Shown: piece by piece, positions 21,816 through 31,933 of the stretch
How the letters are laid out: every line of letters begins with the position of its first letter
How positions within the stretch are numbered: the stretch's first letter is position 1
Source: Nitrospirota bacterium
Lineage (GTDB): Bacteria > Nitrospirota > UBA9217
NCBI GenBank assembly: GCA_963845065.1
Contig: CAWJQQ010000006.1
Location: forward strand, 352,001-416,000
Direction of reading: 5' to 3'
Length of the DNA: 64,000 nt
The notes under the pieces: generated by a model
What the model was told of the DNA's origin: nothing
Database searches by the model: none
What the model saw: the letters and a program-made list of their open reading frames with translations, nothing else
Made by a program: the position numbers and the translations under genes

Positions 21816-23534
21816 TTATATTTCCATTATGATCGGCAGAATCATGGGCCTGCGCTCCATTCGCTTGTTGATGAATTTTTTAAGGCTGCTTCGCACTCGA
21901 GCGGAGACGAGCGACCAATCGCCCTTTGCCTCGGGGACCATGAGAGTGAGCGTATCTAGAACTACATCCTTCACCTCGGCCAAAAGTTCCTGCGACGCGT
22001 CCTCGAAAACGAAACCGCGAGACACGATATCCGGCCCCGAGACCACCTTGCCCGAGATTTTCTCAATGCCGAGAATAACGATCACTACTCCGTCATGAGC
22101 AAGCTTCATTCGATCTCTGAGCACCACGGTATCCACTCCCACATCTACGGTGGATCCGGCGGTCTTGCCGTCGATATACACCCTACCTACGTTCACCATG
22201 CCCGCGCGTCGGGCACTACATTCCATAAACTCCATCACCTCGCCGTTCTCGATTATGAATATATTCTCCTCGGGAATATTCACCTTCCTCGCAAGCTGGG
22301 CATGATACACTAGGTGGCGGTACTCGCCGTGCACTGGAATGAAGTACTTCGGCTTGATGAGGGCGAGCATGAGTTTCAACTCTTCCTTAGACGCATGGCC
22401 TGAAACATGGATTTCCGAGACCTTCTCGTAGAAAACCTCAGCCCCGCGCTTAAACAGATGGTTAATGATTCGCGTGATGCTGCGCTCGTTTCCTGGGATC
22501 ATTTTAGAGGAGAGGATGATAGTGTCGCCTTTTTTAATCTGGAAGTGCTTGTGTTCATTCGCGGCCATTCGCGAGAGAGCGCTCATGGGCTCGCCCTGGC
22601 TGCCCGTTGTGATCATCACGATCTCGTCGTCCGGCAGGGTCTTGAGCGCTTCGATCCGAAGCCAAGTGTCCGGCGGCATTTTGAGATAACCCAGGTCGAG
22701 CGCGATTTGGGCATTAGCGATCATGCTTTTCCCATTCAGGATCACCTTCCTTCCGTACATGACGGCTACGTCAATGATCTGCTGAACGCGATGGATGTTC
22801 GACGCGAAGGTGGCGATCACGATCCTTCCTTTCGTTCGCGTGAAAATGTCTTCGAGTCCACGTCGCACCTCTTTCTCGGAAAAGGTATACCCCCCCTGCG
22901 AGGCGTTCGTGCTGTCCGAAAGAAGCACCAACGTGCCCCTGTCCCCGTATTCCGCAAACGTCCTAAGGTCCATGACCTCGCCGTCCACAGGCGTGGGATC
23001 GATTTTGAAATCGCCGGTGTGGATCACGCGGCCCACCGGCGTGGAAATGCCGAGGCCAACTCCATCGACGATGCTATGTGTCACGCGGATGAACTCAACT
23101 TTGAAACATCCGAGAGACACAACGTCCCTCGGCTTTACGACCAGAAGCTGTGCCTTGCTATCCAATTCATGCTCTTTGAGCTTTTCTTTCACAAAGCCGA
23201 GCGTGAGTTTTGTGCCGTAGATAGGCACGTTGATCTCTCTCAGCAAAAAAGGGAGAGCACCGATGTGGTCTTCATGAGCGTGGGTGAGTACGACACCGCG
23301 AATGCGATCTTTGTTCTCAATAAGATATGAAAAGTCCGGGATCACAATATCCACGCCCAGCATCTCAGCATCAGGGAACATGAGACCCGCGTCTATGACC
23401 ATGATGTCCTTTTCATATTCGAGCACAGTCATGTTCAAGCCGATCTCGCCAACACCTCCCAAGGGGATGATCGAGAGTCTGGGAGTATCGGTGGATTGTG
23501 AAGATAAACCGTCGAAAGGTGGGCTGTCCGTCAT
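21816..23534 (-). CDS. rnj: Ribonuclease J
   Basis: PLGGVGEIGLNM, THAHEDHIGA, HTGDFK, TFASNIHR, TGSQGEP, HVSGHA, PVHGEYRH. Confidence 0.97.
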   Translation of the reverse strand: MTDSPPFDGLSSQSTDTPRLSIIPLGGVGEIGLNMTVLEYEKDIMVIDAGLMFPDAEMLGVDIVIPDFSYLIENKDRIRGVVLTHAHEDHIGALPFLLREINVPIYGTKLTLGFVKEKLKEHELDSKAQLLVVKPRDVVSLGCFKVEFIRVTHSIVDGVGLGISTPVGRVIHTGDFKIDPTPVDGEVMDLRTFAEYGDRGTLVLLSDSTNASQGGYTFSEKEVRRGLEDIFTRTKGRIVIATFASNIHRVQQIIDVAVMYGRKVILNGKSMIANAQIALDLGYLKMPPDTWLRIEALKTLPDDEIVMITTGSQGEPMSALSRMAANEHKHFQIKKGDTIILSSKMIPGNERSITRIINHLFKRGAEVFYEKVSEIHVSGHASKEELKLMLALIKPKYFIPVHGEYRHLVYHAQLARKVNIPEENIFIIENGEVMEFMECSARRAGMVNVGRVYIDGKTAGSTVDVGVDTVVLRDRMKLAHDGVVIVILGIEKISGKVVSGPDIVSRGFVFEDASQELLAEVKDVVLDTLTLMVPEAKGDWSLVSARVRSSLKKFINKRMERRPMILPIIMEI

Positions 23535-23575
23535 GGAGTGTTATCTCCTAGGAAAAAACTTGTCGTATTTTAATT

Positions 23576-23604
23576 ACTATATTCTTTTTGATTGAAATCG
23601 TCAA
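23576..23604 (-). promoter_or_regulatory. Putative sigma-70 promoter of rnj
   Basis: Minus strand TTGACG-N17-TATAGT. Confidence 0.55.
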
Positions 23605-24394
23605 CTCTGGGAAGATAGGCAAGGGGGAAGTAAAGAGAAGTGTGTGGATCATGATAGCGTTCACAAACGGATAACTTATAGAAGCAGTCGATCGCACTAG
23701 ATTCCGCCCAATTGATCCGGATCAAAGGTCGTTTTATGCTTCAGGCAGCCTTGCGATGTTTCACGTTTGCTGAACTGAAATTTAGGGGGGCCTTGATGGG
23801 CGATATCTGCGAAGAAGGATAGGACTCATAGCCGAGATATTCCTTCTCATTCGGCCAGTAATTCCTCCTCCGAAGTACGTCCGCAATCAGTTGTAGGAAT
23901 GCAAGAGTTGACCTCATGATAATCTTATCGGTTTCAATTGGAAAAACTTAAGCAATCTTTCTATTAGTCTTTTTGACTCGGAATACCCTGTAACAGTTTG
24001 AATTTATAAAGAGGATATTACTCGCTATAAAAACTTTTCTTGACGCACGCCTATCGCTAATGCGTGGGAGGTTTCCCGCTTTGTTTTCCTAAATTGCCTA
24101 AGCAACGTACTTTGGTAACTAGAGGGCTTCCCACGTCGACATATCACATTGAATTGGCAGTGCGCTGGAATCCCGCGCAGATTGTTTAGACAGCGCCGTC
24201 GGTCGGTCCGTTCTGCCTCTTGGCGTTTTTTTCCCAGTGATACCTAGCGGGCGGCTATTTACGTGAATTCTTCGAAAGATTATGGGTGGCATTCTACCCA
24301 GCAGAAGGATGACGACATCTACTTTTCAAGAAAGTCGAAGCCCGAATTCTAAGTGGTTGCCCTACCATAGCTGGGAAGGTACGAGGCCTGCCCC

Positions 24395-26005
24395 CTACAT
24401 CTCGAATCGCGTTACGAAGGCGCCGATGAACTTCATGTGGCGCACATAGTCGGAGAAGAGAACTTCCTTGACCACGCCACCGCCGGGCCGATCATCTCGG
24501 TCCTTTTCGCCGGCAGCATGAATGAGAAAGATTTTGTCTGATTTTTTGTGGACGATCGAAAGATGGGATACGATCTCTTCCGCGACGCGCTTCTGCGGGT
24601 CCTTGACCCAGTAAACGATGTCACCATCCCGAAGGTTCTTCTGAAGCGTTTTGGTCAGGAGGATATTTTTCGGCAGGATGTCCACCGTATCTTTGCCACG
24701 GGAACCAGGGATCGTCTTGGTCACGCCGAGTTCAGCGGTGATGTTCTTCCCCCACTTGCCGCTGAAGACCATGTCCTCGCCGTACTGAAACCGTTCATCG
24801 TAGTTGGTAATCAGGCCATCCGTGAGTTTGCCCTGAGTAATGAACCGGAGCGAAAGTGCCTTGTCGACAGCCTCACGAGGCGTAGTGCTCTCCGCAAGCT
24901 CAATAGAGCGGAAGGTGTGATACATGCAGTCGACCTTCTCGTCGGCCACGATCCGTTTCGTTCGAACATATAGCCCCAGAGGGTCGGTATCATAAGGTAT
25001 GCCGATAAAGCGCCCTGCCCAGTAGGCAATCCGTTTTCCGACCGGCAGTTTCGCCACACGCTCCTGCGCGACAAGGATCTCGTCGGCGGTCATGGAGGCG
25101 ATATTCTTGTTCTCATCCGGCGCAGCGCCGATGAGTCGAAGCCCATACTGAAGCGAGTTGGTGAACCTGCGATTGTAGATGCCCGCCGGCTGAACTGTTC
25201 CCTTTTTGGCGACTTGGAGGAACCGTCCCTTTCCTAGGTAGAGCCCCTGCCTCTCCCCGTAGAAAATGAGGACGTCTCCGGCCTCGAGCTCCTTCTTCGA
25301 CACCCTGTCTGTCTTCTCTTTCAACGCACTGCGGTCCCTGCTGATCGAGAGACCGTGAATGCGATAGGTGATGTATATGAGCCCACTCATATCGATACCC
25401 TGAGCGGTCATGCCGCCGGCAAGATAGCGCACTCCCTGAAACTGCTTTGCCGTAGTTGCTATCTCTGCAGGTTTGGTATCGTTCACGAGGGGATCTAAGG
25501 ACTTTACGGGCATGGCTTCTGCAGCATCAATGATCGCCACGGATCGGTCAGGAAATTGGACCTTAAAGTTGTCCGTGTTCTGTTGTAGCACCGGAAGATG
25601 CGTGCCGGCATAGAGCGGTACTTTATAATTACCTGTTTTGTCCAAAATGATGGCCTCGGTCTTGGGTGTCGTCACAACGATCCACTGTCGGTTCGCGTTC
25701 AGGTAGGCGTATCCCTTGTCCTTAATTATCTGCACCGCTTCCTGCTGGACCCAGCCTTCGTCATTACCCTGGTTCAGGATGATGACGCGGTAGTGGTTGT
25801 CCTTTTTTTCTAGGATGCGGACCTCGTCACCCATGAGCACCTGAGTAACAAGCTTCGACTTCGGCAGCGGCTCCTCGTGCACGTTGGCGAGCGGCGACGT
25901 GACAATCCCCAACGTATTGGACGCGAATTCTTGCGTGAGAGCTATAGTGGGAGAAAGAACAGCGAAATAAGATAGAAGGAGTGTTATAAGGAGGTGTTTT
26001 TTCAT
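24395..26005 (-). CDS. Exported SH3 + degenerate NlpC/P60 + DUF1460 (amidase-like) peptidoglycan hydrolase
   Basis: Signal peptide; SH3b (ANVHEEP..VTQVLMGDEV..EGWV); NlpC-like AKQFQGVRYLAGGMTAQGIDMSG; DUF1460-like FIGIPYD..VDCMYH..SHLSIV..LIHAA. Confidence 0.78.
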   Translation of the reverse strand: MKKHLLITLLLSYFAVLSPTIALTQEFASNTLGIVTSPLANVHEEPLPKSKLVTQVLMGDEVRILEKKDNHYRVIILNQGNDEGWVQQEAVQIIKDKGYAYLNANRQWIVVTTPKTEAIILDKTGNYKVPLYAGTHLPVLQQNTDNFKVQFPDRSVAIIDAAEAMPVKSLDPLVNDTKPAEIATTAKQFQGVRYLAGGMTAQGIDMSGLIYITYRIHGLSISRDRSALKEKTDRVSKKELEAGDVLIFYGERQGLYLGKGRFLQVAKKGTVQPAGIYNRRFTNSLQYGLRLIGAAPDENKNIASMTADEILVAQERVAKLPVGKRIAYWAGRFIGIPYDTDPLGLYVRTKRIVADEKVDCMYHTFRSIELAESTTPREAVDKALSLRFITQGKLTDGLITNYDERFQYGEDMVFSGKWGKNITAELGVTKTIPGSRGKDTVDILPKNILLTKTLQKNLRDGDIVYWVKDPQKRVAEEIVSHLSIVHKKSDKIFLIHAAGEKDRDDRPGGGVVKEVLFSDYVRHMKFIGAFVTRFEM

Positions 26006-26066
26006 TTGAATAGATTCAGGACTGCAAGTAGGAGAACTGCATGCTCATACATTATAATATAATTAC

Positions 26067-26151
26067 TGGTGCCGAAGGGGGGACTCGAACCCCCATGGGT
26101 TGCCCCACACGCCCCTCAAACGTGCGTGTCTACCAATTCCACCACTTCGGC
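26067..26151 (-). tRNA. tRNA-Leu (anticodon GAG)
   Basis: GCCGAAGTGGTGGAATTGGTAGACACGCACGTTTGAGGGGCGTGTGGGGCAACCCATGGGGGTTCGAGTCCCCCCTTCGGCACCA; long variable arm, encoded CCA. Confidence 0.96.
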
Positions 26152-26251
26152 ACATGTGAAATACTTCTTTTACAGGATTACTTGGATCACATCTAGACAG
26201 ACTATTCTGGATCTTTGTATTGACAACTCTATCAGATCTACGACAGAATGA

Positions 26252-27193
26252 TTACTTCTTTATTGCCGGTTGCCTCGCCGAGACATAGGTGAGCCACTCT
26301 TCATGCTTATTGTCGCGGCCGTGAACGATGTCGAAGAAGGCAACCTGGAGTTGTTTGGTCACCGGCCCCGGCTTGCCCGTACCGATCGTCCGATTGTCAA
26401 CTTCGCGGATGGGCGTAATCTCGGCAGCCGTACCGGAAAAAAATGCCTCGTCGGCAATATAGAGTTCGTCGCGCGTAAACCGTTCTTCTAAGATGCGCAT
26501 GCCGCGTTCTGCAGCGAGTTGAATGATCGTTTCCCGGGTAATGCCCTCTAGAATCGAGGTTAGCGGTGGGGTCTTGATCATACCCTTCCTCACCATGAAT
26601 ACGTTTTCACCGCTACCCTCAGCGACATATCCTTCAGTATCGAGCAGCATGGCCTCATCGTAACCGTCCTTCAGCGCCTCACGCTTTGCCAACAGTCCGT
26701 TTGCATAATTCGCCGTAGTTTTTGACCGGACCATCGTTGCATTCACGTGAGGTCGGATAAAGGATGAGACTTTGACTCGGATGCCGTTTTTCAGTCCTTC
26801 CTCACCAAGGTAGCTTCCCCAGGGCCAGACAGCTATAGAAACCTGAACCGGATTCTCCTTGGGAAAGACCCCCATGGAGCCATAACCAATGTAAACGAGA
26901 GGCCGAATGTAGCATGCTTCGATCTTGTTCACGCGGATGGTTTCGAGGATAGCTTCGTTTATCGCTTCACGGGTGAACGGAATTTCGATCTGGTAGATAT
27001 GCGCAGAATCGAAAAGCCGATCCACATGCTCATGCAGACGGAAAACAGCAGAACCTCCATCGGTCTTATAACACCGAATCCCTTCGAACACCGCCGTAGC
27101 ATAATGGAGTGAATGTGTCAGAATGTGCACTTTGGCATCGTCCCACTTGACGAATGAGCCGTTCATCCATATTTTTTCCGTGGCTTGAAGCAT
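26252..27193 (-). CDS. ilvE: Branched-chain amino acid aminotransferase
   Basis: HSLHYATAVFEGIRCY, YIRPL, KTTANY, EGSGENVF, ILEGITR, GTAAEITP. Confidence 0.96.
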   Translation of the reverse strand: MLQATEKIWMNGSFVKWDDAKVHILTHSLHYATAVFEGIRCYKTDGGSAVFRLHEHVDRLFDSAHIYQIEIPFTREAINEAILETIRVNKIEACYIRPLVYIGYGSMGVFPKENPVQVSIAVWPWGSYLGEEGLKNGIRVKVSSFIRPHVNATMVRSKTTANYANGLLAKREALKDGYDEAMLLDTEGYVAEGSGENVFMVRKGMIKTPPLTSILEGITRETIIQLAAERGMRILEERFTRDELYIADEAFFSGTAAEITPIREVDNRTIGTGKPGPVTKQLQVAFFDIVHGRDNKHEEWLTYVSARQPAIKK

Positions 27194-27201
27194 AGGCGTA
27201 A

Positions 27202-27230
27202 TTTATAACAGCCTAGGTTATAATTGTCAA
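27202..27230 (-). promoter_or_regulatory. Sigma-70 promoter of ilvE (near-leaderless)
   Basis: TTGACA-N17-TATAAA ending 8 nt before the ATG. Confidence 0.6.
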
Positions 27231-27423
27231 TCTTTTTTTCCTTGTTCGGATAGACTTTCTTTCGTTTGAAACACATCCTTTTTAAAAAAATTCACCTTGT
27301 AACGAGAGATTTAATCAAAAACTTTCTGCGACATGCTTCTTTTCCGCTGTCCACTTCCCATGGTCCAAACAAGGGGGTTTTCGTTGAAGTTGGGTAATGT
27401 GCATAGCCAATCGCCGCCCCACG

Positions 27424-28052
27424 ATCGGGTAGAAGGCGGCGTCTTCCCATGCCACCGTACGTATAGTTCCCTATGCAATGGCCTGTTCTTTCACTCTTTC
27501 GTTAACCTTGGCGACTCCTATCCTAATAAGCGCCCAGCTTTACCTCGCGGGATCCGTCCGCTACTTCCAGCTCAGGCCCTCTTGCAAGTCTTGGACACAG
27601 AACGGGTAGAGATCCAATCTCAAGCAGTCAGACAAGGTCTTCCCTTCATCTTGTTTGTATCGGAACTTTTACGGCTTTTGCTGACAACTCCAGACTCATC
27701 ACAAAATCTCACAACGTCATTAGCTCTATGCAAATCTACGGTCCTCCCAGAAGAAGACGTATGGCCTTTATCCCATGCATCACAGCATACACTTTCGCGT
27801 CTTTCTTATAGTTATTTAGCTTTGTGGCTTTTGGTCTCCACACCTATGTGTCTGTCTCTTATCCGGTTTCTGTTCGCATGGCATACACTTTGCTTGCAGT
27901 TTCCTCTAGATTCTTGATTGCGTCGGACATCATTGCTGTTCGGCTAACGGTTCCTTTCATCAAGGTCCGGAAAGGACGTGCACTCCAGTCCGCCGATAGG
28001 CACTACACTTAATCGGCTTGTACGGATGTGCAATGTATCATGTCTGGCAAAG
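27424..28052 (-). mobile_element. ORF-less, degenerate group IIC intron
   Basis: Minus strand: 5' end TTGCCAGACATG; domain I GTTAGCCGAACAGCAA..TGTCC..GAATCTAGAGGAA; domain III-like GTCAGCAAAAGCCGTA; domain V/VI ..TACGTACGGTGG..GAAGACG..CTACCCGAT. Confidence 0.8.
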
Positions 28053-28354
28053 GGGCATCTGCAAAAGGAGAATGGACACTTGCTGTTCATCGGCTGCTGC
28101 CATGCATGATCGGAGAGCCGCCTCATTTTGTATCGGTTCGCCTCAGACTTTAACATTAAAGCCGAATATTTCATTATAGCCGATATTGTAAATCACTGGG
28201 ACCGGGAATTTTTTAGGATACTGAAAAAAAACGGCATGTACCAGAAGCTGTAACCCGATAGGAACAGCTAGTTTATCGATCTATGAAAAAAACCTCACGA
28301 GGTGTTTCTATGATGGTAGCAGGTGCCCTCTCAGACAGGATGCCTGGCACAGGT

Positions 28355-28980
28355 TTAAATGATCCCTCGTTTTCGCGCCTTAACAATTGCATCGTTTCTG
28401 TCTTTGGCCTGGAGTTCCTCGTAAATGTTTTTGATGTGCGTATGAACAGTATGCGTACTGATGCTCAGCCGTTCTCCGATTTCTTTATACGTTAACCCTT
28501 CTTCAACGCGCTTTACGATTTCTTTTTTTCTCGCTGGGTCAGAAAGTACTTTTCGCTCACGACATCGTCTCGGGATTCATTGATGATTTTTCGAGCAATT
28601 TTTGGGCTCATGGGCGCCCCACCCTTATACAGTTCATGAATGGATTCTATGATTTCCCGCGGACTGCTTCCCTTGAGGATATACCCCGATGCGCCCGCCT
28701 TGATGGCGGGAAAAACCATCTCCCGAGCTTCGAATATCGTATGCGCCATGATTTCAAGAGATGGTATTTCTTCCTTGGCTCTTTTTATCAAATCCACACC
28801 TGACATGCCGGGCAAGCCGAGATCGGTGAGCATCAATTCCGGCTTGGCGTTTCTGAGACCCCGCAGGGCATCCTCTGCCGACCGGTAGGATCCGACTACA
28901 GCAAGCCCTTCCTCACCGCTCAAGAGCAGAGTCAAATTTTCAAGGAGTAAAGGATCGTCTTCAACAATGATGAGCCGCAT
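28355..28980 (-). pseudogene. NarL/LuxR-family response regulator split by a frameshift before the HTH (pseudogene or programmed -1 frameshift)
   Basis: REC domain MRLIIVEDD...TDLGLPGMSG...LTQREKK then stop; the -1 frame continues EIVKRVEEGLTYKEIGERLSISTHTVHTHIKNIYEELQAKDRNDAIVKARKRGII*. Confidence 0.85.
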
Positions 28981-29742
28981 GGTCACGCCATATCACAGTC
29001 CGGGCTAGGATACTATACCCTGAATGGGGCTATATATGGGTAGAGGAGGGGTAACAATCAATGATGTCCAAAAGCCTGAGCTTATAATCATATGCCTTCC
29101 AAGCCTTTCGGCTCGATGTTTCATGTTGGACGGATCCCTGCCACCGGGGCCTTGACTATTAACTGGTTCGGGGATTTTTAAACCTGAATCCGGCGCAAAG
29201 TAACATTGATGGGCCTTATTCACTCTGATATATAGGGCCAAACGCATGATTTTGTTCATGTCCAAAAAAATACCTTTTAGGCAGGTTTTTAGACAAATGC
29301 CTTTGAGCGCAAAAAAATGCTTATTCAGAGCCGTTGCGATGATGCCAAATCCTTTTCATACAGTTTTCAGTTTAAAAAGCCTGCGCTTAAAATATCTGTT
29401 CAAGCTCATCCGTGATCTACAAGCACAGTTTATCGATCGGCGTTGTTTCCATAATGCAGCTTTTTACTCCTTCGTTCGTAGGTGCGCTACCAGAACTGTA
29501 GCATCTAATCAACGAAGAGAAGCGTCAACTTCATTGGCTTATGGTAGCGCCTTCGTTCAGTCAAGTTAATATTCAGGATTTTCTTTATCAGAATTTCCTT
29601 CATCAATGACGGATACTACGATAACTGCAATATGTTTTCCCTTTTTAAACCGCGGAAATGGAATACGCGACATTCCCTTTTTGTTTGACAGAGCGGTGAA
29701 CAGGAGCTACACTTAGACTGTTGCTCACAGAAAGGGGGTCTC

Positions 29743-30204
29743 ATGCAGATCAAAACCATCCTTTTTCCAACGGATTTTTCACAGGGTGCCCGCGCTGCCA
29801 TGGACCATGCTATTTCGCTCGCGAAGGATTATCAGTCTAAACTTATTATCCTTTACGTAATCCAGGACATCAGTATTGCTGAATGGTATATTCCATCTTC
29901 CCTTTCCGCTACCGATCTGATGGAGGATATGCAAAAGAGTGCATGGAATGAAATGGACAAATGGGTAGCGGAAGTTTCGCAGACCGTCAAAGATGTGGAA
30001 AAGATGGTTGTTCGCGGCGTACCTTTTGTCGAGATCATCAAGACAGCAAAGGAAAGGCAGGCTGATCTGATTGTCATCGGCACTCACGGAAGGACGGGCA
30101 TCGATCATATGCTATTCGGGAGTACAGCTGAGAAAGTAGTTCGCAAGGCGGCCTGTCCAGTGCTGACGGTTCGCATCCCGGGTAGAGAGTTCAAGATGCC
30201 ATAA
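29743..30204 (+). CDS. Universal stress protein
   Basis: ILFPTDFS, GVPFVEII, DLIVIGTHGRTG..LFGSTAEKVVRKAACPVLTV. Confidence 0.95.
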   Translation: MQIKTILFPTDFSQGARAAMDHAISLAKDYQSKLIILYVIQDISIAEWYIPSSLSATDLMEDMQKSAWNEMDKWVAEVSQTVKDVEKMVVRGVPFVEIIKTAKERQADLIVIGTHGRTGIDHMLFGSTAEKVVRKAACPVLTVRIPGREFKMP

Positions 30205-30288
30205 GAAAAAAATAAATTCGAAATAAAGTCACCGCGTAATAAAAAACGTTCACATCATTTGGAAAAGTTAATACATAATTGTGCATTA

Positions 30289-31198
30289 TAGCACCCTGCA
30301 TAAGTAGTGCAATATTTAGGCTAAAAAAGAGGTCGCCAGGACTAATGGATACAACTACGCAAAAGAGGCTGTGACTCTGCCAGATTACAGATTTCTTCGG
30401 ATAGTAACTCGTCTTGAGTATCAGGGCGACCGTTGGCGAGTATTTTCTTAAAGTGATTCCATACTTTTTCGTCTGGGTTCAACTCGGGGGGCATATCGGG
30501 GGAAAGGTTCTAAGTGTAAACGGGATGTACATGCGAGAAGTTCTTCTACGGAATCACTTCTATGGGGGTTTTGCCATTATCTAGCAGCACAATCAGATGG
30601 CCGGGTATTTGATGTAACAAAGGTGGAGAATACCACTACTTCTTCGCCTCGGATATTATCCTCATACAGTTGGCAGTACAGCGTGCAATGGAATCGTTCG
30701 GGCTGACGGCTATGCCGGAGATGGCTCCGTTTCGTTGCGCTCAATGGTCCAACGTTCCGGCTTTTGGTGGCTCCAACCTATTTGGTGGAGGAGTTTACCT
30801 ACGTGATTATGGTGGTATTTCACTTTCAGTTGGTGTTCGATCAGATCGGCATTCCGTTGTGTTGTACACAGCTCCGTCCTGTAACCATGTGCCATGGCCC
30901 TTTGGTCAGGAGGCAAACGAGACGTTTCTGCTTCGCGGTCAGTCGCGGTAGTCGGCCTGATGCTAGTTACGCTTTCAGCGCATCTTCGCTACCCTTCTGG
31001 AACGTCGCGTCAACGAAGTACGCTGTTCGCGTGACAACCCATCCGTCTGCGATCTCATGAAGGCACAACATCTGCTTGAGGAAAGTAATTACACGCCGTC
31101 GTCGATCTTCCAACGATTGTGGAGTACCGTGGGGTCGCATGGAGACAATCCCTTTCAGGATGCCTCCATTATATTGCATTACTTATGCGGATATCAAT
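30289..31198 (-). mobile_element. Decayed IS630-family element; outer ends approximate
   Basis: Inverted repeats GCATAAGTAGTGCAATAT (30298-30315) / ATATTGCATTACTTATGC (31171-31188); broken transposase fragments MRPHGTPQSLEDRRRR, YHHNHVGKLLHQIGWSHQKPER, LDNGK, PELNPDEKVWNHFK. Confidence 0.82.
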
Positions 31199-31276
31199 GG
31201 TTTACAACATGTATACAATTTCTGGGGTTCCAATGCAAAGAGGCTGGTTATATGATAACCAGCCTCCTTTATTTTC

Positions 31277-31702
31277 TTATTGCCCGAGGAGCGTCGTAAA
31301 GGTGTCGTGGTGGCCTTCTTCCTCGGAAAGGATCTCTTCGAAAAGCAACCGCGTCGTCTCGTCTCCTTCCGATGTGGCCTGTTTGATAATGTCTTTATAC
31401 AGCGTGATCGCTTCTTCCTCCGCCTTGGTGTCTGCCTTGAGCATTTGAGTAGCGTCCCCACCAGTGACGATAGGTGTCGGCTTCGTCGTGGGATTGACAT
31501 CAAAATAAAATAATCTCTCGGCAATTTTTTCTGCGTGCTTCATCTCATCCACGGACACCTTTTCAAAAACTCCGGAAAGTGATTCTGCGTTCATTCCTTT
31601 TACCATAACATGATGCCACATGTACTGCACAATTGCCTGAAGTTCTCCTGCAATAGCCTGATTCATCATTTCCGTCAATTTCGGACTCGCCTTCTGGACC
31701 AT
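31277..31702 (-). CDS. Bacterioferritin-like / ferritin-superfamily di-iron protein
   Basis: ATG at 31702 with GAGGAGG RBS; AGELQAIVQY, DEMKHAEKIAERL, AEEEAITLY, EEEGH ferroxidase ligands. Confidence 0.88.
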   Translation of the reverse strand: MVQKASPKLTEMMNQAIAGELQAIVQYMWHHVMVKGMNAESLSGVFEKVSVDEMKHAEKIAERLFYFDVNPTTKPTPIVTGGDATQMLKADTKAEEEAITLYKDIIKQATSEGDETTRLLFEEILSEEEGHHDTFTTLLGQ

Positions 31703-31933
31703 ATCAATGCCTCCTCTTTCGTTCGTGTTGGGGTCAATTTCTTGTCGAATTTGTCTTAAAATATAGCACAATTCGGTGATCTTTTCCACGAAGGCAACAT
31801 TATAAAGCACCAGGCGGGACTTCAGCATCATCCCGCTGACCTTTTCTTCTTCTCGTCTAGTTCCACAATGCAGACGGTGTCCTGGCTTTGAGGCCACGGG
31901 CAGTAACATCCGCATCAGAGTGGGACAGTTAAA

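Noticed and set aside
27333..27917. 194-aa ORF as a real gene
   Set aside because: Overlaps the group II intron remnant antisense and has no recognisable protein features
29000..29740. Short ORFs between the LuxR regulator and the USP gene
   Set aside because: AT-rich, no motifs; probably a divergent regulatory region or decayed DNA
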